From: Chloroflexota bacterium
Lineage (GTDB): Bacteria; Chloroflexota; Dehalococcoidia; Lucifugimonadales; G022566795
Assembly (NCBI GenBank): GCA_022566795.1
Contig: JADFIF010000004.1
Span: forward strand, 1 to 49,906
Reading direction: 5' to 3'
DNA length: 49,906 nucleotides
Notes under the pieces: model-generated
Seen by the model: only the letters and a program-made list of their open reading frames with translations
Databases searched by the model: none
Told to the model about the DNA's origin: nothing
Position numbers and translations under genes: made by a program
In this document: positions 16,546 through 24,442 of the stretch, one piece after another
How the letters are laid out: each line of letters starts with the position of its first letter
How positions within the stretch are numbered: position 1 is the first letter of the stretch

Positions 16546-16944
16546 ATGGCACTAACACTCGCGGACGCGAACCGTGTAGCTCAGCAGGCCCTGTCCAAAG
16601 CTCAGGAGCTCAACATCAAGATCAGCGTCGCCGTGTGCGACGAGGGCGGGCGGCTGATGGCGTTCAGCCGCATGGACGGCGCGATATGGGCCGGCGTCTA
16701 TGGGAGCCAGGGCAAGGCCGTCGTGTCGGCGGCCTTCGGGAGGCCCAGCGGCGAGATGGCGGAGCGGGCGGATTCACCTATCATGAGAGGAGTCACCGCC
16801 GCCGAGGGCGGCCACATGATCCCGAGCCAGGGGGCCGTCCCCATCATTCGCAACGGCGTCGTGGACGGCGCATGCGGCGTCGGCGGAGGAACGGCCCAGC
16901 AGGATGAGGACTGCGCTCGGGCGGGCGTCGCGGCGATCGCCTAG
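16546..16944 (+). CDS. GlcG/HbpS-like (DUF336) heme-binding protein
   Basis: 132 aa. The pattern ...ISVAVCDEGGRLMAFSRMDGA......A..KA..A..F....GGVPI...G...GA.GVGGG is typical of the family. Confidence 0.8.
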   Translation: MALTLADANRVAQQALSKAQELNIKISVAVCDEGGRLMAFSRMDGAIWAGVYGSQGKAVVSAAFGRPSGEMAERADSPIMRGVTAAEGGHMIPSQGAVPIIRNGVVDGACGVGGGTAQQDEDCARAGVAAIA

Positions 16945-17044
16945 CCCGGCCGGTAGCAGGCCCCGGCTAATGCTCGCGCTGGGGTGCGTATCGAATGCCA
17001 GGTCCTCTTGCGAGCGGCAGCGTGCGGAAGGTGATTGCCTTGCG

Positions 17045-17542
17045 CTACCAGCCTTTCGACCGGCGTGTGGACTGGGTCGCATGGAGGCCAAGGTACCGCA
17101 ACGGAGTTGGCCAGCGCGGCCTCTTCTCCGCATAAACCGACACCATCGCGGCGGCGACGCCCAGGGCGACGACCGCAATCAGGTCGGTGGGGATGCCCCC
17201 GTAGAGCGCGAGCCACTCGACGATCCCGACGGTCGACATCACTAGTAAGATCACCACGTTTATTGTCAGCGCGTTCGTCATCAGATCGTCGCGGTAGTGG
17301 GAGTGCCTTCGTTTCCACAGGGCGTAGGTGGACCGGTATCCGAGCAGGTAGCATCCGAAGACTAAGACAAAGGCCGCCGGCACCTCGAGTATCGGGTCAA
17401 GGCCGCTGTATGAGCTGGCGCCCGGTATGGCTTTGCTAACGGTCTGCGAGTAGGTCAGCAGTCTGACGTCCCACCAGGCGAGCCACACGTTGGCGGAGGC
17501 CAGTAAGGAGATGGCAATTAGCTGTATCCGTGTCGAACCCAT
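17045..17542 (-). CDS. hypothetical polytopic membrane protein
   Basis: Part of ORF 17045..17566 with 4-5 hydrophobic helices. The start is ATG 17542 or 17566. No family was recognised. Confidence 0.45.
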   Translation of the reverse strand: MGSTRIQLIAISLLASANVWLAWWDVRLLTYSQTVSKAIPGASSYSGLDPILEVPAAFVLVFGCYLLGYRSTYALWKRRHSHYRDDLMTNALTINVVILLVMSTVGIVEWLALYGGIPTDLIAVVALGVAAAMVSVYAEKRPRWPTPLRYLGLHATQSTRRSKGW

Positions 17543-17663
17543 TCCAACCCTCCAATTCGCGGGCAATTCGCAGGACCTGACAATCGTGCGCGGCCCGCCT
17601 ATCGCTTATTTCAGCTCTGGGTAGGGCGCTGAAAAACTCTTTCGACCATCCCATTCGACGATG

Positions 17664-17771
17664 CCCAGGGCAGGCTCTCTGGCGCCGTTTCGAGTGAGGA
17701 AAAGGAAGAAATTTGTTCTGAGGGAGACCCTCAGACTCCCGGCCAGGGGCCTAGCCCCTCTGCACTCCCCC
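17664..17771 (+). repeat. repeat family R, copy b
   Basis: CCCAGGGCAGGCTCTCTGGCGCC matches the reverse complement of 42490..42514. It contains the hairpin CAGGGGCCTAGCCCCTCTG. Confidence 0.65.
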
Positions 17772-17779
17772 ATTTTTCT

Positions 17780-18382
17780 TCAGCTCACAGTAGCCAGCGT
17801 AGCCGCCGCCGCGCAATCGAACGCGGGCGGGAGCTCTGCTCGAAGGCGGACGTACTCATCGAGAGAGCCTGGGCCAGGGCCCAGCCTCGCCTGGACTGCC
17901 CAGTCGTGTGTCGCGCGATCGGTCAAGCCCATCAGCGAGTGGACCAGCGCCCTTTGGAGATAGGTCGCCTGGAGCCAAGCTTCCTGAGGCTGGAGCTCAA
18001 TGACCGTCGTGAGGTCCTCGACGGCGCGGACGTGCTCTCCAAGCGCGAGGTAGGCTGAGGCGCGGCTGGTGTATGCGAATTCCAGTCTGGGCTCGAGTTG
18101 GATAGCCTCATCTAGCTCGCCAAAGCCCGTAGAGCATTGCTCTTTGGTCAGGTGGCGGGTTCCGTTCGGGATCACGACGCCGGTCGTGCCGAAGCCGAAG
18201 AGGTGAAGGGCGCCTCGCGAGGCGTGCTCAAAGGCCAGCGCATGGCTTGTGGTATCGGCGGTCGCCTGCGAGCCGCAGGCTGTAGCCAGTAACAGCCAGA
18301 CCAGCATCGCAGCTACCGCACCGCGCTTGCGACCTCGACGAGCTTGCTCGCTGCCCCCGAGCCCCGCCGACCCGTCCGTCAT
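17780..18382 (-). CDS. TPR-repeat lipoprotein
   Basis: The signal has a lipobox, LLLATAC. TPR-like helices include AIQLEPRLEFAYTSRASAYLALGEHVRAVEDLTTVIELQP. The start lies 4 nt after the stop of the upstream RHH ORF. Confidence 0.6.
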   Translation of the reverse strand: MTDGSAGLGGSEQARRGRKRGAVAAMLVWLLLATACGSQATADTTSHALAFEHASRGALHLFGFGTTGVVIPNGTRHLTKEQCSTGFGELDEAIQLEPRLEFAYTSRASAYLALGEHVRAVEDLTTVIELQPQEAWLQATYLQRALVHSLMGLTDRATHDWAVQARLGPGPGSLDEYVRLRAELPPAFDCAAAATLATVS

Positions 18383-18386
18383 CTCC

Positions 18387-18569
18387 TCAGCTCCGCCCGT
18401 TGGGCTTTGCGGGCTGCTGAACGTTCTCCTTTCGGAGCTTGTCCAGCACCGCCTCCTCTATCCACTGTCCCAGACTCTTTCGCGCTACCACCGCCGCCAC
18501 TCTCGCCTGGTGATAAATCGTTTCCTTCATCCGGATGGACTTGGCTTCGCGGTCAGATCTTGTACTCAT
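18387..18569 (-). CDS. small ribbon-helix-helix (CopG/Arc-like) protein
   Basis: 60 aa. IRMKETIYHQARVAAVVARKSLGQWIEEAVLDKL fits a beta-strand/helix/helix RHH pattern. It lies between ftsZ and the TPR lipoprotein on the same strand. Confidence 0.45.
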   Translation of the reverse strand: MSTRSDREAKSIRMKETIYHQARVAAVVARKSLGQWIEEAVLDKLRKENVQQPAKPNGRS

Positions 18570-18819
18570 AGCACTTCAAATGGTGGGCCGCGCCCTGCGT
18601 TCCCCAGTGGCCCAAGAGGCGGGGGCCGCCGCAGCAGGCATCGGCCGGACACTGGTGGCGGCCGGGCCTGTGTGAGTGGCGCTGCCCCCTTTGCCCTGAA
18701 GCGGGGCCAGGCCCGGCCTGGGTTGTGTTTGTCACCGAATCGCAGAGTCCGGCCTACACACTGAAGGCAGCGGAGTGAACACCGTCTCCGTGCCGGACCA
18801 GACTGCGGGTCTTCCGAAG

Positions 18820-19929
18820 CTAGATGCCGTGGAAGCTATCCTCATCTTCGGACTTCGACGATGGCACGAAGCCGCGGAGGCGCTCGCGCAGGCTGGGCTT
18901 CGAGCCTTGCGCCTCGAGCCCCGTGGCGATCAGGGTCATCTTGACGGAGTCCTCAAGCGTATTGTCCACCGACATCCCGAAGAAGATGGTGGCGTCCTTC
19001 CTGACGGACCTGCCGATGAGCTCGCCCGCCGCGTTGACGGCCCCGAGCGTAAGCTGCTCGCCGCCCTTGACCGAGAACAGGACGCCGCGGGCACCCTTGA
19101 TCGAGATGTTGAGCAGGGGGTTGGCGATGGCCTGTTTGGCCGCATCGACCGCCCCTGTGCGACCATGGCCGGTCCCGATGGCCATGAGGGCCCCGCCGGG
19201 GTGGTCCATGATGCTGCGGACGTCGGCAAAGTCGACGTTGATCTCGCCAGGGACGTTGATGAGCTCCGAGACGCTCAATATCCCTTGAGTGACAACCTCA
19301 TCGGCCGTCTTGAAGGCCTCGATCATCCTCGCGTCGTGATTGACAAACTGAAGCAGCCGGTCGTTGTGGATGACGATAAGATTGTCCACGTACGGGCGTA
19401 GGCGTCCCACGCCGGCGATGGCATCCTTTATCCGCCGGCTCCCCTCGAAGCTGAAGGGAGTCGTAACGACGCCGACCACCAGTGCTCCCATCTCCTTGGC
19501 GAGGTAGGCTACGTATGGCGCGGCTCCGGTCCCTGTGCCCCCGCCCATGCCCGAGGTCACGAAGACGAGCTCGGAATTCTTCAGGGCGTTCCTGAGCTGG
19601 CTCGAAGACTCCTCGGCGGCCTGCTCCCCCATCTTGGCGTCGCCGCCGGCGCCCCAGCCGCGCGTGACTCGAGGCCCGATCTGGACAGTCTCGGCCAATC
19701 GCCCAATCGGCTCCAGCGACTTGACGTCGGTATTAACCATGACGTACTTGACGCCGCGAACGTCGTGTTCCAGCATGCGCCGAACACAGTTGCACCCGCC
19801 GCCGCCGACACCTATTACGGTAATCCGCGCGGGGGCCCGCTCCCAGGATTCCTGCCGCGTCTGGCCGGCTTGAGACTGCTCAACTACCATTGGCCCGTTC
19901 TGTGTCCTCGCTCCATCAACTTCAACCAT
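18820..19929 (-). CDS. ftsZ: cell division protein FtsZ
   Basis: ITVIGVGGGGCNCV is present, and the tubulin signature SGMGGGTGTGAAPYVA. I prefer ATG 19929 (MVEVDG...), which has a GGAAGGAGAGG SD 7 nt upstream. The track ORF extends to 20088 through the leader. Confidence 0.92.
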   Translation of the reverse strand: MVEVDGARTQNGPMVVEQSQAGQTRQESWERAPARITVIGVGGGGCNCVRRMLEHDVRGVKYVMVNTDVKSLEPIGRLAETVQIGPRVTRGWGAGGDAKMGEQAAEESSSQLRNALKNSELVFVTSGMGGGTGTGAAPYVAYLAKEMGALVVGVVTTPFSFEGSRRIKDAIAGVGRLRPYVDNLIVIHNDRLLQFVNHDARMIEAFKTADEVVTQGILSVSELINVPGEINVDFADVRSIMDHPGGALMAIGTGHGRTGAVDAAKQAIANPLLNISIKGARGVLFSVKGGEQLTLGAVNAAGELIGRSVRKDATIFFGMSVDNTLEDSVKMTLIATGLEAQGSKPSLRERLRGFVPSSKSEDEDSFHGI

Positions 19930-19970
19930 TGGTCCTCTCCTTCCCCGTGATATGTCCACATCTCTTACTT

Positions 19971-20047
19971 GGTCGACATGTGGGTGTGGCCGACATGTGG
20001 GACAAATGCCCGATGTAACACTTGTAGCACAAGAGTGTGAACACTCT
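19971..20047 (-). promoter_or_regulatory. operator-like repeats in the ftsZ upstream region
   Basis: A tandem 14-mer, GG(T/C)CGACATGTGGG, occurs at 19971..19984 and 19988..20001 (17-nt period, each a near-palindrome). There are two overlapping inverted repeats: ACACTTGT-agc-ACAAGAGTGT (20018..20038) and AGAGTGT-ga-ACACTCT (20032..20047). TGTGAC-aaga-TGTGAC lies at 20081..20096. Confidence 0.3.
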
Positions 20048-20364
20048 GATGACAAGGCGGTGAACATACGGGAGATGTATTGTGACAAGATGTGACCTCC
20101 GCGGGCGGGTTTCCAGGAAGTAGCCAGCCGTGTGGAGGTCTGTGGCCCGCCACGGAACGGCGAAATGTACCGTGCCGGCTCAGGCGCCGCGGGAGCTCAG
20201 ATCGTCGAAGGGGAGCCCTGCCTCCTCAGGTGAGCGGGCGCTCAAGCACCGGAGAGCAGCCGTGATCGAAGATGGTCTGGCCAGGGCGGGCCCTTACACC
20301 CGGCCTGAAGTCAAGCCGGCGGCGCTGGTCCCTCGGGCGTACCTGGCCGGGGGTCGGGTGGCCG

Positions 20365-21237
20365 TCAGGCCGGCAGTATTGCCAGGGCCGGCTCGGGCAG
20401 TGGGGGACTGTGGCTCGACACGACCCGGGCCATCTCTTCGTCGTCCAGCCGGCTGAAGCGTTCCGCCGCGTCCAACACCTTGGGCAAGAGCGTGACGTCG
20501 CCGGCGCTTGGCGCCGTATGCATGGGGTTGGAGAGGACCCACCAGAGCGCCTTGTCGATGTCCTCCTGCTCTCGATGCGGGTCGTACCAGGTGGTGCACT
20601 CCCGATCGCGTTCGCCCCAGCCGCCGCGAGCGATCATCTTGATCGTTTGCACACCCACGTTCCGTGAAGCCGCCTTCTCGAGAAGCTCCATGGCGTCCTC
20701 CCGGTACTCCCGGCTGCGAAACATGGATGCGCTGACTGGGAACATGATGGTATCGAAGTCAAACCGGTCCAGCGCCTCGAGCTGGACTCGCGGGACATCG
20801 GGGCCATGACCCGTGATGCCTATCCACCTGGTGAGGCCCCGCTCGCGCATCTCGACCAGGGCTTCGAGGGCACCGCCGTTGCCGGTCACCTGGTCGAGGC
20901 TCTCCATATCGCCAACCGAGTGAAGCTGAAACAGCTCAAAGGACTCCACCCCCAGGCGGCTCATGGCGCTGCGGATGTTCTCCCAGGCCTGCTCCTTTGC
21001 TCGCTCTCTCGTCTTGGCGCCCAGAAAGACCTGGTCCCGAATCTTCGGCATCCACGGCGCCATGCGCTCCATCGCCTGGCCGTAGGTAGGGGCGATGTCG
21101 ATATGATTCACGCCGTGGTCCAGGATATGCTCCACCGCCACATCGGCGACGTCTTGCGTGACGCGCCCCAAGGCCGCGGTGCCAAAGGTAACCACGGTGC
21201 TGTGATGGCCGGTGCGGCCAAGCAATCGCTTTTCCAT
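20365..21237 (-). CDS. aldo/keto reductase
   Basis: MEKRLLGRTGHHSTVVTFGTAALG...HGVNHIDIAPTYGQ...LGAKT is a typical AKR N-terminus. Confidence 0.85.
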   Translation of the reverse strand: MEKRLLGRTGHHSTVVTFGTAALGRVTQDVADVAVEHILDHGVNHIDIAPTYGQAMERMAPWMPKIRDQVFLGAKTRERAKEQAWENIRSAMSRLGVESFELFQLHSVGDMESLDQVTGNGGALEALVEMRERGLTRWIGITGHGPDVPRVQLEALDRFDFDTIMFPVSASMFRSREYREDAMELLEKAASRNVGVQTIKMIARGGWGERDRECTTWYDPHREQEDIDKALWWVLSNPMHTAPSAGDVTLLPKVLDAAERFSRLDDEEMARVVSSHSPPLPEPALAILPA

Positions 21238-21316
21238 CTTAGTCTCCTTTTCGGTCCCATGGGATTCTTTCGTAGCTCACCGGACGCGCCGTGGCCCGGC
21301 GAACGGCCTGTATCGT

Positions 21317-21808
21317 TCAGCGTGACTCCGCGATGCACTGCTCGAGCAGATCGAGGGCCGCCCTGGTGAATGTCCACATATTGGCCTCGCGGTCGGAGTC
21401 GCCGGTCTCGACGGTGAGGACGCGCTCGACGGGCCCGGCGACGGCGATGCACGCGTGACCCGCGGCGTCGCCGTAGCGATTTCCCGTTGGACCGCTGGCG
21501 CCGGTCTCGCTCAACCCCCAGGTGGTCCCAAGCGATTGGCGTACACTGCGGGCATTCAGCAGGGCGTAGGCCTCCGTACTCGCTCGGATATCGGCCATGG
21601 CGTCATCGGGAACCCTGAGCAGCTCCCGCTGAGACACGCGAGTATAGATCACCGTGCCTCCCAGGTAGTAGGCCGATGCTCCGGGAATGGCTACCAGCGC
21701 CGCCGAGATGAGTCCGGCGGCAGACGATTCGGCCACCGCGACTGTCTGCTCGTGCTGCTTCAGCAGCGCACCGACCGACGCGCCCATCGAGCTCAGGCTT
21801 TCCACCAT
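21317..21808 (-). CDS. CinA-family protein (stand-alone PncC-like nicotinamide-nucleotide amidohydrolase domain)
   Basis: TVAVAESSAAGLISAALVAIPGASAYYLGGTVIYT...ALLNA......GTTWGLSETGASGP is the CinA C-terminal domain pattern. Confidence 0.85.
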   Translation of the reverse strand: MVESLSSMGASVGALLKQHEQTVAVAESSAAGLISAALVAIPGASAYYLGGTVIYTRVSQRELLRVPDDAMADIRASTEAYALLNARSVRQSLGTTWGLSETGASGPTGNRYGDAAGHACIAVAGPVERVLTVETGDSDREANMWTFTRAALDLLEQCIAESR

Positions 21809-21941
21809 CTCCTCCTTGTTACTCGGCGATTGGGCAAGGCAGCTAGTGGGGTTTCGATATGAAAGTGATCGTCACGGGCCTGGCGCACTAGCCTCTAACA
21901 CTAAGAGCTTCTAACAATACCATGGCTTATTTCATTGGTAT

Positions 21942-22054
21942 GAACAAATGTCATTGTCATGGAAATGTCGTTTCGAGCCAGGTCGAGAAATCTAAGGCCC
22001 CCTTGAGCAAAGACCGATTGTCCCTTTGCCGGCGACGTATCCAGGCCGGCGCTG
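21942..22054 (+). repeat. repeat family D, copy 1
   Basis: GAACAAATGTC...TTTCGAGCCAGGTCGAGAAATCTAAGGCCCCCTTGAGCAAAGA...GCCGGCGCTG aligns with the reverse complement of 23348..23445. Confidence 0.75.
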
Positions 22055-22090
22055 CAACAGCGGTTGCGAGGGTACACGGCCAGGCGGCGA

Positions 22091-22157
22091 CTGAGAGCAG
22101 AGCGCCTTAGACCCCTCGGCGGAGCCTGCCTTGAGCCTGTCGAAGGGCTCGGGGTGA
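22091..22157 (-). repeat. repeat family R, copy c (partial)
   Basis: The reverse complement reads CCCTTCGACAGGCTCAAGGCAGGCTCCGCCGAGGGG..., which matches the 5' half of the 8154 and 44847 copies. Confidence 0.6.
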
Positions 22158-22222
22158 CAGCGACCTGGCATATTCAATCATCTTTGCGGCGGTCACAAGG
22201 GGCGGGAATATATCCCCTTCCT

Positions 22223-22981
22223 CTACGCGCTGAGGTGCCTCCCGAGGAAGTCCCAAATCTTGTTCCAGCCGTCGACGGCCTGCTCCTGGCGATACGCGGG
22301 CCGGTCGTAGTAGAAGAAGCCGTGGCCGGCGTTGGGATACGTGTGGAACTCGTAGTCCTTCCCGTGATTCTTCAGCTCCTGCTCGTGGGTGGCGACCTGC
22401 TCGGGCGGAGGGCTCTGGTCCTCCTCGCCGAAGAGCCCGAGGAGCGGGCACGAGAGGTCTTTCGTGTAGTCGATGGGCGCGACGGGCTGCTTGGGTGTGA
22501 GATCGCCGGCCGACATCACGACGCGGCCACCCCAGCACTCTACGGCGGCGTCGAACCCTTCGGCGCGGCAGGCCGCGAGAAATGTGTGCCGGCCGCCGGA
22601 GCAGGTCCCAAAGACGCCGACCTTGCCGTTGCTGGAGGGGAGCGACTTCAGGTAACGCATCGCCCCGGCGACATCGCCCACGACCTGGTCGTCGGAGACT
22701 CCGCCGAGGCCGCGCGCGTTCGCCGCAGCGTCGTCCGGGCTTCCGTGACCTTCGCGGCAGTAGAGATCGGGGCTGACGGCCAGGTAGCCGTGATGCGCGA
22801 ACTTGCGGGTCGCCTCCCGGTACCATTCGTCCCACCCCGGCAGGTGATGTATTAGAACGACGCCTGGAAACGGGCCGCCGCCCAGCGGCCTGGCAAAGTA
22901 GGTATGTATGGGATCCCCATCGTTGCCGTTGACGGTAATGGTATCTGCGAGCAAACCCTCATACATCTGGGTCTCGTACAT
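22223..22981 (-). CDS. dienelactone hydrolase family protein
   Basis: PFPGVVLIHHLPGWDEWYRE...GVFGTCSGGRH...YPNAGHGFF shows the nucleophile elbow and catalytic His. I prefer ATG 22981 (MYETQMYEG), which has a GAGGAGAGG SD. The track ORF extends to 23287. Confidence 0.85.
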   Translation of the reverse strand: MYETQMYEGLLADTITVNGNDGDPIHTYFARPLGGGPFPGVVLIHHLPGWDEWYREATRKFAHHGYLAVSPDLYCREGHGSPDDAAANARGLGGVSDDQVVGDVAGAMRYLKSLPSSNGKVGVFGTCSGGRHTFLAACRAEGFDAAVECWGGRVVMSAGDLTPKQPVAPIDYTKDLSCPLLGLFGEEDQSPPPEQVATHEQELKNHGKDYEFHTYPNAGHGFFYYDRPAYRQEQAVDGWNKIWDFLGRHLSA

Positions 22982-23347
22982 ATCGCGCCTCTCCTCATGA
23001 TGAGATTTCATCGGCGTAGGATACCCTAATCGGCATCGATGCGCACTATCCCAGGTCTGCCGACGGCCGTGGGTTGTGGGGTGTGAAGAAGTCTCATGCC
23101 CCATGGCGGTGTCGTCATTGGTCTCCGTCCGGACAGATGTGTCACAACGAGACACGCACAGGGGCACTGGCCGCGGAGGCTGTGGCCGCGGCGGAGGACT
23201 AGTGCGAATACTCAAGTAGATTGGCACTGATGAGGTTTGACGCACCTGGTTATCGCTGGTATCATCCGCGACACCCACGAAAAGCATCTCTGAAAGTTCG
23301 TTTTGGTTAGAATTCGGAGTGGGTAGATAGCAGGAGGCTCGGGATGA

Positions 23348-23445
23348 CAGCGCCGGCGAGGATACCTTCTTGGCGAAGGGACGACCGCTCTCTGCTCAAG
23401 TGGGCCTTAGATTTCTCGACCCGGCTCGAAAAGACATTTGTCATA
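23348..23445 (-). repeat. repeat family D, copy 2 (inverted relative to copy 1)
   Basis: See 21942..22054. The two copies bracket the dienelactone hydrolase gene. Confidence 0.75.
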
Positions 23446-23544
23446 CAGGACGCCCCCGGCTCAGGATGTTCCGAAAGCGGGGCTCGACCCTTTGACGCGC
23501 TTGTCGCATGTAATTTGCGGATTTCAACCGCCGAGCTGCACGCC

Positions 23545-24150
23545 TTGACACGGAAGACGGGCACCTCCAACTGGAAAAGATACCCGAGCCGCACCGCTCT
23601 GGCTCTCGCCCTGGCGACGCTGCTGGCCGTGGCCGCGGGCTGCTCGCAGTCGGACGCGGCGCCCGCGCCGTCCACCGCCGACCGTGCCATCCAGCCTCAG
23701 CCGGTCGCGGCCAGCGCTGCGCCGGGACCGACCGCCGTCGTCGCGTTGCCACCCCAGTCAGAGGCTCCGGTCTCAGTCGAGGCAAAGGTCACGAAGCTCG
23801 CGTCCGGAGAGCTCTCGCTCGCGGCGGCAACGTCCTTCGGCGCCCCTGGATTCCACGAGGTGCTGACGGATTCCCAGACGATTCCGGAGGACCTCACTGC
23901 CCCGGCGGGCCGCTGCCTGGTGCTGACGTTACGCGACCTGGGAAGGCCGGAGCAGAGGTGCGCCAGGGAACATCCCCTGTCAGGATGCGCCACCGTCGAC
24001 TGGTCGGACTTCGACGGCCGCCCCGGCGTGCCGCCAGGGGGCGTGTTCGAGCACCGTCTGGTCTTGCAGCTGGCTTCCGGCGAGCAGTCGTTCTTCCTGA
24101 GCGACTCGGGGTCGCTGAACGAGGCTCCGGACCGCTACAAGCCTGGCTGA
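23545..24150 (+). CDS. hypothetical lipoprotein; may continue through the in-frame TGA to 24309
   Basis: Lipobox LLAVAAGC. The TTG 23545 start is tentative. The ORF ends at TGA 24148..24150, but the same frame stays open for 52 more codons with very high third-position GC (…EWTAIIPSDVVPGSEMQLRVVMTKFGGPAVRIGYEVLLEPEE*). Confidence 0.5.
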   Translation: MTRKTGTSNWKRYPSRTALALALATLLAVAAGCSQSDAAPAPSTADRAIQPQPVAASAAPGPTAVVALPPQSEAPVSVEAKVTKLASGELSLAAATSFGAPGFHEVLTDSQTIPEDLTAPAGRCLVLTLRDLGRPEQRCAREHPLSGCATVDWSDFDGRPGVPPGGVFEHRLVLQLASGEQSFFLSDSGSLNEAPDRYKPG

Positions 24151-24162
24151 CCGCATTCGGCG

Positions 24163-24180
24163 GTGGGCGGGACCGCCCGC
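24163..24180 (+). other. GC-rich hairpin 12 nt downstream of the in-frame TGA (SECIS-like position)
   Basis: GUGGGCG-GGAC-CGCCCGC forms a 7-bp stem including one G.U pair. No U-tract follows, so it is not an intrinsic terminator. Confidence 0.3.
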
Positions 24181-24442
24181 GAGTGGACCGCGATCATCCC
24201 GTCGGACGTGGTGCCCGGAAGCGAGATGCAGCTTCGTGTGGTGATGACCAAGTTCGGTGGGCCTGCGGTGCGCATCGGCTACGAGGTGCTGCTGGAGCCG
24301 GAAGAGTAGCCGGGTCGGGACCCGGTCGTCGAAGGCCCGTTCGAGGACGGTTCGGCGAACGCCATCTTCGCGCCGTCGAGCGCCCCAGCCGCAACCTCAG
24401 AGTCGAGGGCTGCCGATTTGACGTCGCAAGCTGGCCGGGAAC

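Noticed and set aside
19930-20088. N-terminal 53-codon extension of FtsZ in the track ORF
   Set aside because: It is Cys/His/Ser-rich, AT-richer leader sequence. A strong SD precedes the internal ATG 19929, which gives a normal FtsZ N-terminus.
24163-24180. Hairpin after the lipoprotein TGA as a rho-independent terminator
   Set aside because: No U-tract follows. Coding-like sequence in the same frame continues for 52 codons.
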